From positions 1,376,001-1,440,000 of the forward strand of contig CAWJTV010000011.1 in the NCBI GenBank assembly GCA_963845755.1: DNA of 64,000 bases. Reading direction: 5' to 3'. This document shows, in pieces, positions 21,194 to 31,592 of this stretch. This stretch comes from an uncultured Planctomycetota bacterium. Its GTDB lineage: Bacteria > Planctomycetota > Planctomycetia > Isosphaerales > Isosphaeraceae. The translations under genes were made by a program, and so were the position numbers. The notes beneath the pieces were generated by a model. That model made no database searches and was not told the origin of the DNA. It saw only the letters and a program-made list of their open reading frames with translations. Positions within the stretch are counted from its first letter, which is position 1; each line of letters starts with the position of its first letter.

Positions 21194-22129
21194 TCAATAG
21201 TGGAGCGGAGACGTCGGCGCGGACGATTCGGTCGCGACGGGCGCGGCCTGCTGGGCACCGATTGTCCCCATCTGGATCAGCATGAGCATCTGCGCCCCGT
21301 CGGCATTGAAGACCATGCCGCGCGCGCCGGGGCTACAGAGGACTCCCTTCGACTCGGCCACGCCGCGCGTCTTGTCGGGCAGCTCGCTCGACATCCGGAA
21401 CAGGACCTTCGCCAGCTCATCTGCCAGGATGTGCTCGCTGCTGGGAAACACGACCGAGCTGGCCTGCGACTCCGAGAGATGGCAGTTGAACATGAGCAAC
21501 TCGCCGTCTTCGGTCGAGAGCGACTTGAGCGCGTCGGCGAACGGTACGGGGTCGCCGTCATTCGACTCGCCGTCGGTCAGATGGATGACCACGGGTGGGA
21601 AGCTACTCGGGTGGCTGGCGCACCACGTCTCGGCGATATTGTACACGTAATTGATAGCGGCGCACATCGGCGTGCCGCTCATCGCACCCTCGGCCGGCTT
21701 GCGATACCAGACCGGCAATTTGAACGAGGTGCTGATCAGGCCGCCCGCGCCGTCATCCACCATCTTCTGGCGTTCCTCGACCGCCAGCGGGTCGTCGAAC
21801 AGATCGCTCACGCTGACGAGGTCGCGGCCGGTGAGCGTGCCATTCTCCCCCGCGAGCACGGGGCCGATCATCGCGTTGGGCGGATCGTTCCGGTCGGTCG
21901 TGTAACCGATGACGCCGACATCGAAGTAGTTGCGCGGCTTGTCCTCACCCTTCTCGCAGAGGGTGATGAGGTCGGCGATGAATCGGTTGATCCCGGTCGC
22001 CAGCGCATCGATCTTGGGCCGAGGGCTGCCGGCGATCCCGTTGTTCATCGAATAGGACTGGTCGAGCAGGAAGATGATGCAGGCTGGGTTCGCACGCGAG
22101 GCGCTCTTTTCGTACTTTCCGCTGGGCAT
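21194..22129 (-). CDS. TerY-like vWA domain protein
   Basis: Intact MIDAS CIIFLLDQSYSM, SGTPM, VVIHLTDGES. Adjacent to a PP2C. Confidence 0.88.
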   Translation of the reverse strand: MPSGKYEKSASRANPACIIFLLDQSYSMNNGIAGSPRPKIDALATGINRFIADLITLCEKGEDKPRNYFDVGVIGYTTDRNDPPNAMIGPVLAGENGTLTGRDLVSVSDLFDDPLAVEERQKMVDDGAGGLISTSFKLPVWYRKPAEGAMSGTPMCAAINYVYNIAETWCASHPSSFPPVVIHLTDGESNDGDPVPFADALKSLSTEDGELLMFNCHLSESQASSVVFPSSEHILADELAKVLFRMSSELPDKTRGVAESKGVLCSPGARGMVFNADGAQMLMLIQMGTIGAQQAAPVATESSAPTSPLHY

Positions 22130-22214
22130 CTCAGGGGCTCCTCGGGGTTCGCTCGTTCGGACGGACGGAAGTCGAGGAAGGACCGGCCTTCCTCGGTCAC
22201 GATCGCTGTCGATA

Positions 22215-23573
22215 TCACGGTTCAGGGGCGACGAACAGGTTAGGGTGCTGCTGCACGACCTTCAGGAGACGGTCGATCCGGTCGATCAGGGTCCGCCCGC
22301 CGGCTTTCGGGTCGACGCTTCGGACGAGATCTTCCTTGTGGGCCTCGCAGATGTCGCGGAGCTTCCGGAGCGACGTGTCGGACCATTGTTTGATCTGATT
22401 GCGTTCGGTGTTGAATGCCAGGACGGCATCACTATACTTGGTCCCCTTGATCGGCGCGATATTCTTGTCTTCGGGGAGGTTGCGGGTCTCACCCATCGGC
22501 AATTTGAAATAATCGATCTGATCGCGCGGGAGGGTGTACTCGTTGTCCTTCGGGTCGCTGAGCGGGATACTCTTTTCATTTTTCAAGACGACCGTGACCT
22601 TGTTTCGCGGGACCGGCTCGTCGCCGTTTCCGCCGTTCAGGAGCACATCGTCGTCGAGCGGCTCCGGCTTGAGGTAATCGCGGCAGAGCTCCTGGGCCAG
22701 CCTCCGGGCCGATTTCACGAACGGGGGCGGTGGGTGGTTCTCGACGAGTTTCGCGATTTCTTCCAGATGTTCGTCGCGGCGGGATGACGGCTCCTGGAGC
22801 CTTTTGACAACCTTGGCCGCAAGGTCCCAGAGCGCCAGCCGCTCGTTGGCCTCCTGGAGGTGGCCGGCCGCGAAGGCCCCCTTTGCGGCCCGGTGGCCTT
22901 CCACGAAGTCGCGATAGAGGCCCGCGACGGCAGCGGCGCTGGACAGCGTGTCGTCCGATGTGCCCGGCGACCAGTGGTCGAGGGCCGCGTAAAGTTTGTC
23001 GAGGTCACCCCGCGGATGTCCGTTGTCGAGCTTGGTCCACGCCGACTCGGCCTCGGCGGAGGCACGCAGTTCGGCGTTGTAGAGGTCCTGATCCTTGTAG
23101 ACCTTGAGCAGTTTGTCGAGTCCTTCGAGGGCCTCCTTGCGCTGGCTCTCCGGCTTGTCGCGATCGCGCACGCCTTCGAGCGCGTCCTTGATGTTGTTCT
23201 CGAGCCCGGTGACACCGAGCCGCTTCTCCTCGATCATCTTTCGATCATGCCCCCGGTCGATCACATGGTCCCGCACGGCCGAGACCAGGCGCTGCTGCAA
23301 CCCGCTCGTGTCGCCCCCCGCCTTGCCGAAGCCGGGCAGTGGGGGATCGAGCCGGACGATCGTTGCGGCCACGTCGTCGGGCAGGTTGACGATCGCGTCG
23401 GCATCTTTCTTGATCTTCTCCCGAGTCTTCACCGCCCTGTCGTGTTCGGGATCGTCGGTTTTCCGCGTCGACGCCTGGGACCTCGTCAATACGTCATAGA
23501 GCCGCCGGCTTTCCAGCCACGCGGTCCAGAACAGCGGAGCACAGAGGATCAGCATCAATACGGTCTTTCGCAT
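22215..23573 (-). CDS. N-terminally anchored or exported helical protein of unknown function
   Basis: Intact 452-aa ORF with hydrophobic N-terminus (MRKTVLMLILCAPLFWTAWL) and a charged helical body. Co-oriented within the cluster. Confidence 0.75.
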   Translation of the reverse strand: MRKTVLMLILCAPLFWTAWLESRRLYDVLTRSQASTRKTDDPEHDRAVKTREKIKKDADAIVNLPDDVAATIVRLDPPLPGFGKAGGDTSGLQQRLVSAVRDHVIDRGHDRKMIEEKRLGVTGLENNIKDALEGVRDRDKPESQRKEALEGLDKLLKVYKDQDLYNAELRASAEAESAWTKLDNGHPRGDLDKLYAALDHWSPGTSDDTLSSAAAVAGLYRDFVEGHRAAKGAFAAGHLQEANERLALWDLAAKVVKRLQEPSSRRDEHLEEIAKLVENHPPPPFVKSARRLAQELCRDYLKPEPLDDDVLLNGGNGDEPVPRNKVTVVLKNEKSIPLSDPKDNEYTLPRDQIDYFKLPMGETRNLPEDKNIAPIKGTKYSDAVLAFNTERNQIKQWSDTSLRKLRDICEAHKEDLVRSVDPKAGGRTLIDRIDRLLKVVQQHPNLFVAPEP

Positions 23574-23699
23574 CGCGGTCCCGCCGATTGCGTGGTTTCG
23601 CCGACGTCACGTCGGTCGATCGAGGGAGTCAGTGCGTCATACGATTCCCGATTGGGACCAGTCTATCCGGCGCGATCGCCGAACGCGCTCCGTCTTATC

Positions 23700-26600
23700 T
23701 TACTGCTTGGCCACGGCGCTCACCCAGTTCCCGGTGGACCAAAGGCGGATGATTCCCTGGGCGACCCCATTTGTGCGATCGCCCGTCTCGGCGAGAGCGG
23801 CCAGGACCCGTCCATCCGGGCTGAAACCCAACTTCATGATCCGCCCCACATGGGCGAGCCGAATCATCTCCGCCCCTCGGTGTGGCTCGCCGAGCAGGCG
23901 GACCGTGATCGCGTGGTTCTCATCGCCCGTCACCAAGATCGTACCTTTGGGGCTGAGGGCGACACAGCTCAATTCATGACCCGATACCGGCTTGAGGTCA
24001 GGCGGCTTCCCTTCGCTCAGGCCGTAAAGGTTGCCATCCCAGACCATCACCGTCGTCGCCACCGCGAGATTTCCGTGAGGGCCGTGTGCCCACTCCCGCA
24101 CGGGGGTGCCGAACGTGAGCTTTCTCGATACAGCGACGATGGATGCGATCGTGGCGATGACCTGGCTCTTCTCGGTCGGTGCCAACTCATGGGGAGGCCT
24201 TAATGTCTCGAGTTGCTTCTTGAGATTTCCGATCCGCCCTGCTTGATGCGTCAACATCCTCTCTTCGGTGTCTACGACCCTCTGACCAGCAGGGTCGAAG
24301 ATGCGGAAGTGGAGGACGTTATTCACCTCGGCCACGACGATCAGATTCTTCCCCTCCGCCGGAATGCTACTGACGTTGCCCGAGGACACCCATTGCAACT
24401 CACATCCCGCGGGAGGACGGGAGTGCAGGTCGAACGTCAGCAAGAACGTCTTACCCTCGAACCCGACGACCAGGGTGTTCGCCTCCCGGTCGAAGGACAT
24501 CGCCGAGATCTTCCAGCCGCTCTGGAATTCCTCCTTGTAGGGGATGAAGTCGAGGTCTTTGGCTCGATCATCATTCGGGTCTGTGGTCGAGCATACCTCC
24601 ACGTTGGGGAGCGAATTTGACTTGCCCGAGGCCGATTCGGCGAGTGCGTACCACTGACCCCCGTTGCTGAGGGCCAACCTCACGTCGAGCGTCGTGTCAA
24701 CATTGGGCAGCGGGTGCCGAAAGTCATAGTTTGCTTTCACATCCTTTGATGGTTTTTCATTCTCATCATAGAATGTATTCGATTGAATCCGAAATATCTT
24801 GGGCTGAAAGCCCGCCGCGCGGGACGCTTCCGTCGATGAGGAAGTAGTCGCCGGACGGGCTCAATGACCAGATTTTGGAATCGGACCGCAACTTCCTGGC
24901 ACACGTCAGCCCCGCTGGCTGCGCAGTCGAGGAAGTAGAGCGACCAGAGCCAAGGGCTCCTCAACTCGCCTTGTCGGACGGGCTGGTATCGGCAAGCCGC
25001 GAGGAGTGCGTGGGAGTCCTGGCCGCTGGCGAGAAATGCGAAGTCCGTCTTGGTCTTGTCCGGTTTTGCCTTGCTCGGCCCCGGGTCGCGAGGAATGCCG
25101 TCGATCTCAACATCGTAGGAGGATAGCCCGGTCAGGAGCTTCTTCACGGACGATACGTACTGAGTGTCCGGGGTACTGAGCGGTTGGTTCTCGAGCCGGC
25201 TGGCCAGTTCCAGGGCTCTGGGAAATTCGTCGTGCTTGAGCTGGTGGCCGTAGACGGAGTCTCTCAGGTATTTGAACTCAATGGCCGCAAGCTCGTTGGG
25301 CGACTTGCCTTTACTTTCCCCCGGTTTCGCGGTGCTTCCCGGGGGCGTGTTCACCGTCGACGAGCCGGGTTGCCCACCCTTCATCTTGCCGAGCTCCCCC
25401 TCGAGCTCGGTGACTCTCGTCCGGCTCAAGGTGAGTTCATTCTGGCTCGATCTGAAGTCGCGCTCGAGTTCGCCGATCCTGGTCTGTCGTCGGGCCGATT
25501 CCGTCTGACTGTCCTCGAGCTCGCGGTCCTTCGCCTCGAGCTGAGCTCGTACCTCCTCCAGCTTCCTTCCGTTCAGGTTCCACGGCTTTCTGCCTCCGCT
25601 TGGACGTCAAAGAAGCCGAGACGGAATCGATGGCCCGGGGAGTCACCGACGACAGGAGCAATGCGAGGAGGACGCCGAAGACGGCCCCTCCGACAAATGT
25701 CGCCGGCATAAGGCGTGGCCTCGGGCGGCAGCCGGAGCGAACCCACTCCCAGCCCTTTCTTGCTACGATCCTTGCTCCGCGCCGGTTCACGCAACGAGAG
25801 CCGAGGTTGAATGCGCGTCTCGCGCAGCTCTTCCTCATGCTCGCCTGGCGAGCCGGTCGCGGTTGGCGTCCGAGACGATCGCCGTTGAACAGCTCGGTCT
25901 TGCACTCGACGCGGAGGTCCTGGTCCTTCACCTCCTCGGCGAGCTTCAGCGCCGCGGCGCAGGCGGCGTCCTCGGATTCGTGGAACCCCAGGAGGGCGTG
26001 GCCGAGGACCTCGTTCCGGCTTTTTCGTTTCAGGTCGTTCGAAGTGCGTAAGGACGCGCCTGGCAAACCACTGCCCGATCAGATCGTCGCGGTTCTGGCC
26101 GACCGCGTCGCAGGCGGTTCGGAGCTCGGCGGCCCGTGCCCGAGGGCGGAGTCTTCGGGGGGTTGCCGAAGTGAACCCGCAGCGTGTTCCAGCCGTCCAG
26201 CCGTCTCAGGTCTTCGGGCGCGAGGGAGTTCGGGGAATCGCTCGCGAGCCGCGACGAGCGTCTGCATCTCCGCCGAAATCCGGCCGTCGTCGAAGTTCTC
26301 GGGAGTGATCCGGCCGACCAGCTTCGCCCAGATGCTTCGGGAAAGCGGCGAGTCGGTCGCCAGCCGGTCGAGCAAGCCTTCGAGACGCTTGTCCTCGAGC
26401 CAGAACTCGGGGCCGAGCGATTGGTCGCAACGCATCCCCGAGAGCCATTCCTCGACGCGGTCCGGGGGCAGCTTCACGGGAGAACGCAGGAACCTCTCGA
26501 CCAGGATCCTGGTCAGACTCGGCCTGAGATCGCAGCCGTTCGTAGACCGCCGCGCGGTCCGGGAGATTGACCAGCTCGTTGATCAGCGCGGGGAACTGGT

Positions 26601-28258
26601 CGTCGGAGAGATCCTTGATCACGTCGGGGCCGGGCTCCCAGCCGGCCGAGCCCGACAGGGCGATGCAGGCGGCCAGTCCGACGAACCGGGGTTCGATCGC
26701 GGTCGACCGGGCCAGCCCGCGGAATCCGGCCGGATCCGGGCGCGGAGCAGCCAATGAAGTCGGGCCGGAAGGGCCGTACCCGCGGGTACGGACTGGGACC
26801 ACTCCCGCAGCAGGGCGCCTCGTTCGTCGGGAGACAGCGCCGCGGCGCCGGGAGTCGCCCCCACCACACCCATCAGCGTGACGAAATGCCCCGCGCGACG
26901 ATCGGCCGGGATCACCGACTTGAGCGCCTCCCACCCCTCGCGCCAGGCGCCGGCCGGACCCGACTGCGCCCGGGTGCGTACCTCGGCCAGGAGGTCGTCG
27001 AGGTGCTCGCTCAGCAACTCGGCGAACTCGTCCCGAATCCGAGGTTGGGCCCAGACCTTGCGCAACGCCTGCCACGCCCGGCCGCGGAGCTCGTCGTCGC
27101 GGAGCAGCCCTTCGCCGAACCGGTTCCGTCGCAGCTTCATCAGGCCGTCGGCATCCAGGGCCCCGGCCTTCAGCGCAACGGCCAGGGGACGGACCTGGAT
27201 CGCCTCGGCCAGCGAGGCCGGCGTCGCCCCGCCGGCAATCCGCGGGTCGCGCGACCAGAGGTCGCGGACCTCGTCCACGGCCTTCCAGTCCCCATCCGCG
27301 GCGAGTTTCAGCAGATCCTCCAGCGGCCAGCTTGCCTCGATCATCAGCTCGGGGCCGTAGGCATCCCGGAAGGTGTCCACGACGTAACCGCGGCGTCGCA
27401 GGCCATCGCTGTCCGCTTTCTCGAGGCCATTGCGCGCGTAACTTCCGATCACCCGGGCGACCTTGTTCTCGCGGAGCGACGAGTGCGGGGGCTCGTAGGT
27501 CGAGAACGGGAACGTGCCCGCGATCCGCGGCGGCAGCAATCGAGCCATCGCGTAGACCAGGAACGCGACGGCCCCCGGCTCGGCGAGGATGCAGACCCGC
27601 GTCCGGGTCCCGTTCGGCTCGTTGGCCCGGAGGAACCCGTGCAGCGCGGCCCGGATCCAGCGGCGGCGGGCCTCGAGATTCGACTCGACGCGGCCGGGAT
27701 AGATCGATCGGGCCACGCTCTGGTCGGCGGGTGCCGCGCCGGCGGAGAGGAAATTCGTCAGGGCGGCATCGTCGATCAGGGAGCCTTGCGGGAGATGGTC
27801 GATCGTCGGCAGGACCTTCGTCTCGCCCCGGGGGTATTCGTCCGTCATCCAGTCGGACGAACCCCAGGCGGTGACGGCCGAGAGCGTATCCAGGTTCGGG
27901 CAGGAGGAGGATCTGCGAGAGGAAACTGTGGGGACGGCCGACGGTATCCTCGGGCAGGTAGGTCGTGTGGACGAGCGCGACCCGACCCGACGGGCCGGGG
28001 ACCATCGCCAGCCGGCGCGGGGCCTGGTTGGTCGGCAGCGTGCCGCTCCTCATGTCCAGCGGCAGCTCGTAGGAGTCGAGTCGGATGCGCCCAATCGAAC
28101 GTCGCGGAGTCGGCCGCCCCCGGGCTGGCGGCGCGGACGCTGAACCCCTCCCGCCCCAGGACGCTGTCCTCCTTGAGGCAGTGCATGACCAGGAGCTGCT
28201 CGATCGGCCCCGATGGGGGCGGATCGCCGGTCGCGGTCGAGGAGTTCGCATTGGCCAT
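23700..28258 (-). CDS. GAP1-N2/GAP1-M-like protein: helical region, TM, coiled coil, WD40-like propeller (many frameshifts; joining into one gene is inferred)
   Basis: GAGGTG RBS and ATG 28258. IEQLLVMHC..GREGFSVRAASPG, YELP..PRRLA..HTTYLPEDTVGRPHSFLSQILL, FPFSTYE. TM TFVGGAVFGVLLALLL near 25.68 kb. WD-like VALSPKGTILVTG and LGFSPDGRVLAA..IRLW. Confidence 0.7.
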
Positions 28259-28286
28259 CGGTTCACCTCGCGGCACGCCGCCGCCT

Positions 28287-28590
28287 GAGAGGCCGTCGAG
28301 AAATCGATTCAAAATTTAAAATTGAAAGATTGAAAATCATAGAAATTTTGACACGGTAGCGAGGCCTCCGGGTGATCTCGATCCGACGCGGGATTGTGGG
28401 AACGAGGATCCGCTGTGTCCACCGATACTCCCTTTCTGGGGAATCCGGTTCTCTTGCGACAGTCTCTCAAACTTTTAGAAACTAACCGAGAATCTTGTAG
28501 GGTGGGTGAAACCCACCAGGAAGTGTCCCGATTCTGGTGGGTTTCACCCACCCTACAAACCCCGGATCCGCTTCTCGGACAGTTTCTTAG
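28287..28590. mobile_element. Two adjacent MITE-like elements, the second carrying a GTAG-type REP palindrome
   Basis: 28287-28468 has ends gagaggccgtcg / cgacagtctctc. 28476-28590 has ends tagaaactaaccgagaa / ttctcggacagtttctta around a perfect 25-bp inverted repeat (28495-28519 and 28534-28558, ttgtagggtgggtgaaacccaccag). Confidence 0.7.
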
Positions 28591-28741
28591 CAAAGCGACC
28601 GGGTATGGAGATTCGGCCCCTTCGGGGCGAGAGACAAGAATGCCGGTATCGATGCTACAGTCTCCATTTGGATTATGGAATTTTGAATCTGGAACCTTCT
28701 ATCCGAGACCTTCACGCCTTCTCGGACGACCGGGGCGCCTC

Positions 28742-31564
28742 TCACCAGTTGAGGAGGCGTTCGAGCCACGACCGGACTCGCGGCCCGGAGCGTGAGCCAT
28801 CCGGCGCGGGCGAGATTTCGATGCCTTCGTGCTGGCCCCGGCGGCGACATAGGGCCCGATCCGGAACGGCGGCCCGACCCGCCGGTCCCAGCCGAGGTCG
28901 ACCACGGGCCAGACGGTGACGTACAGCTTCCGGCACCCGGGCGGCAGCACGAAGGCGGTCCCTCCCTTGGCACGGCGGTGGGTGTCGGGGTCGAGATTGA
29001 GGGTCCCCCGGCGCGCGTCCTCGGGGCGCTCGAGGAATCGCGCCGTGTCGGTGGCGACCAGGCAGGTCCGGACGAGTCGCGACTGCGCCCAGGCCCAACG
29101 CGCGGTGACGGCCGTGCCGCCCGCGTCGGGGAGGAACATCGGATCGGCCGGACGGAGGACATCGCCTTGCTGAAGCCGCTGGTCGACCCACGCGGCGATC
29201 CGGTCGCGGTAGGGAGCGAACTCGGCCGCGTGGGCGACGAGCAGGGCCGGGCTCGGCCTCGGCGAGGAACGCCTCGGCCTGGCCGCCGCGGAGCGGCGGC
29301 CACCAGCCGCTCGACCTGTTCGCTCTTGGCGATCAGGGCCTCGATCTCGGCCCGCTGGCGGACCAGGCCGGGGTGATCGGCCAGCTTCGCGGTCGCGGGC
29401 CAGCCGCTTCACCGCGACGGCGTCGCCCCGCTTGAGCGCCTGTTCCAGCTCGGCGAAGGCCGCGATCCGCGCGACGGCCTCGGCATGGCGGGCGCGATGC
29501 TCGCGGGCGTCGTGGCAGTCGGCCAGGAGGGCGCTGATCCCAGGCGGCGACCCACCGGGCATCCTGCTCGTCCAGCGGCAGGCTGGCGGGGATCGCATCG
29601 AGGGCGCGGAGCAGGTCGCGGCGGCGGATCGCCAGCTCGCAACGGGCGGCGACGGCCGCAACGGTGGGCCAGGTGCCGTCGGCCCGGGCACGCTCGGCGG
29701 CGGCGGCGATCGCCAGGTCGGACGGGGTCGAGGCGGCCAGCGCCTGGTCGAGCGCCGCGGATGAGGCGAGCCGCTCCCGGGCCTGGCGGATCCGGTCGGC
29801 GAAGCTGTTGCCGTACCCCGGCGGCGAGCGCCTCGGCCGCATCGAGGACCGCCTGCTCGGAGCCCCGGCCCTGATCGGCCTCCTCGATCCGCCGCTTCAA
29901 CTCGACGAGCCGGGCCGCCCGGCCTTTGGCCGCCTGGAATCGGGCGCGGAACGCATCGGCCTCGCTGACAGCCATCGAGGACCGTCGCCGCCGGCGCCCC
30001 ACGCCTTGAGCAGTCGCCCGGTCGGCCGCCTCGTCCTCGCCCGTCGGGCAAGCCGCCAGCGCCGCGAGCGCCTGGACGCGCCGGCCGGCCGCTCGGCACG
30101 GTCGCGGTGCGGCTCGGCCTCGGGGTGGCCGCCCAGCGCGTCGAGGGCCTGCCAGGCCTCGCCGATCGCCTGCTCCGGGCCTCCCTTCCGGACGGCCTGG
30201 TCGAGCCGCTCCACGGCCGCGATCCGCTTCCGCCAGGTCTCGACCTTGGTCCGGACCGCGTCGCCCTCGGCGAGCCCCTGGAGCTCGCGCCCGCGCTGGT
30301 CCCAGAGCGCGACGAACGGGCCGACCCGACGGGTCGGACTGCTCGGCGCCGCCGCAGCTCGTCGAGGAGGGCGAGGGCCGTGCGGGCCACGCCGGCCCCT
30401 GGCCACCAGCGCCGGGTCGAGCCAGTCGTCGAGCAGCTCGGGGCGATACGCCGCGGCGATCTCCTTCAGCTTGCCCCCGCGCAGCTTCTCCTCGAACTGC
30501 TGGGCCTGGCCTGACCCGCTTGTCGGCCTCGTTGACCTTCGGGACCAGGTCGGGCGGGAACGTCTCGGAGGCGTACTTCCGGCTGGTCGCCAGCTCGTGG
30601 ATCTGCCGCCAGTCGCCCCCCTTGATCACCTCGCGGAGCGGACCGAAGATGTCGATGTCGAACGGGGGGACCTCGATCGAACGGCCCGTCGAGCGACTTC
30701 CGCAGCGCGGCCGACCATTCGCGGACCATCCGGTCCTTCGCGTTGTGCATCAGCTCCGGCCAGAGCGGCGAGCGGTCGGGGTCCTTGATGTCCCGCTCGG
30801 TGAACAGCAGGCTCTCCTCCTCGCTCTGGCCGATCATCCGGTGCCAGAGCGACAGGTCGTCGGCCACCGCCCGCAGCGAGATCAGGATCAGCCAGGCCGA
30901 GAAGTCGTCGATGGCCGGCGACAGGAGCTGGCCGATGCGGCCCGGGTGCTGGTAGGCGGGCAGGCCGTTCTCCCAGGCGACCCGGTCGGCGTCGTTGCCG
31001 GTGTCCATCGTCGGCACGAACATCCCGTCGTAATCGACGAGCACCAGCCGGTCGTCCCTCACCATGACGTTGCCATGCTGGAGGTCGCAATGCGCGATCT
31101 CGTGCGACCGCAGCTCGCAGATGAGCTTGATCCACTCGTGCGACATCTGCTTGATCGCCGCGCAGTCCTGCCGTTCCACCGCCTCGCGGAACCAGATGCC
31201 CAGCGTCTTCCCTTCGACCCATTCCATGCTCAGGACCGGCAGCCACTGGCCGTTGACCAGGATGCCCTCGGGATCGTAGCCGAAGTCGACCATGCACTTC
31301 GGCTTCGTCTGCTGGAGGTAGTCGTTGACCTTCTGGTAGCGCGACTTGCCGGTCGGCCTTGGGGGCGTTCATGAAGACCCGGACGGCCGTGGACCACGAG
31401 CTGTTGTATAGCCGGTAGACGATCGCGTTGGCCCCGGACCGGGGCCAGGGCCAGGGCTTGCCCGGCTTCAGCTCGACGGCGCAGTCCTTGAGCCTCGGGT
31501 CGCGGAAGGCGGCCTTCGGGTTCTGGATCACGCCGTTGTAATCGCCCGGACTGGGCCAAGCCAT
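28742..31564 (-). CDS. TerY-P-type Ser/Thr kinase with a long helical C-terminal region (heavily frameshifted; stop at 28742 or 28699)
   Basis: MAWPSPGDY..QNP..F.DP.L, SGANAIVY, MEWVEG, IAHCDLQHGNVMV, LVDYDGM, YQHP and DDFS. Confidence 0.82.
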
Positions 31565-31592
31565 GGGAAAACTCGCGGCAACCGGTTCGAGG

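Noticed and set aside
21194..22129. Tellurite-resistance (ter) operon
   Set aside because: Only TerY-P-like components are present. No terA-E or terZ homologs were recognised.
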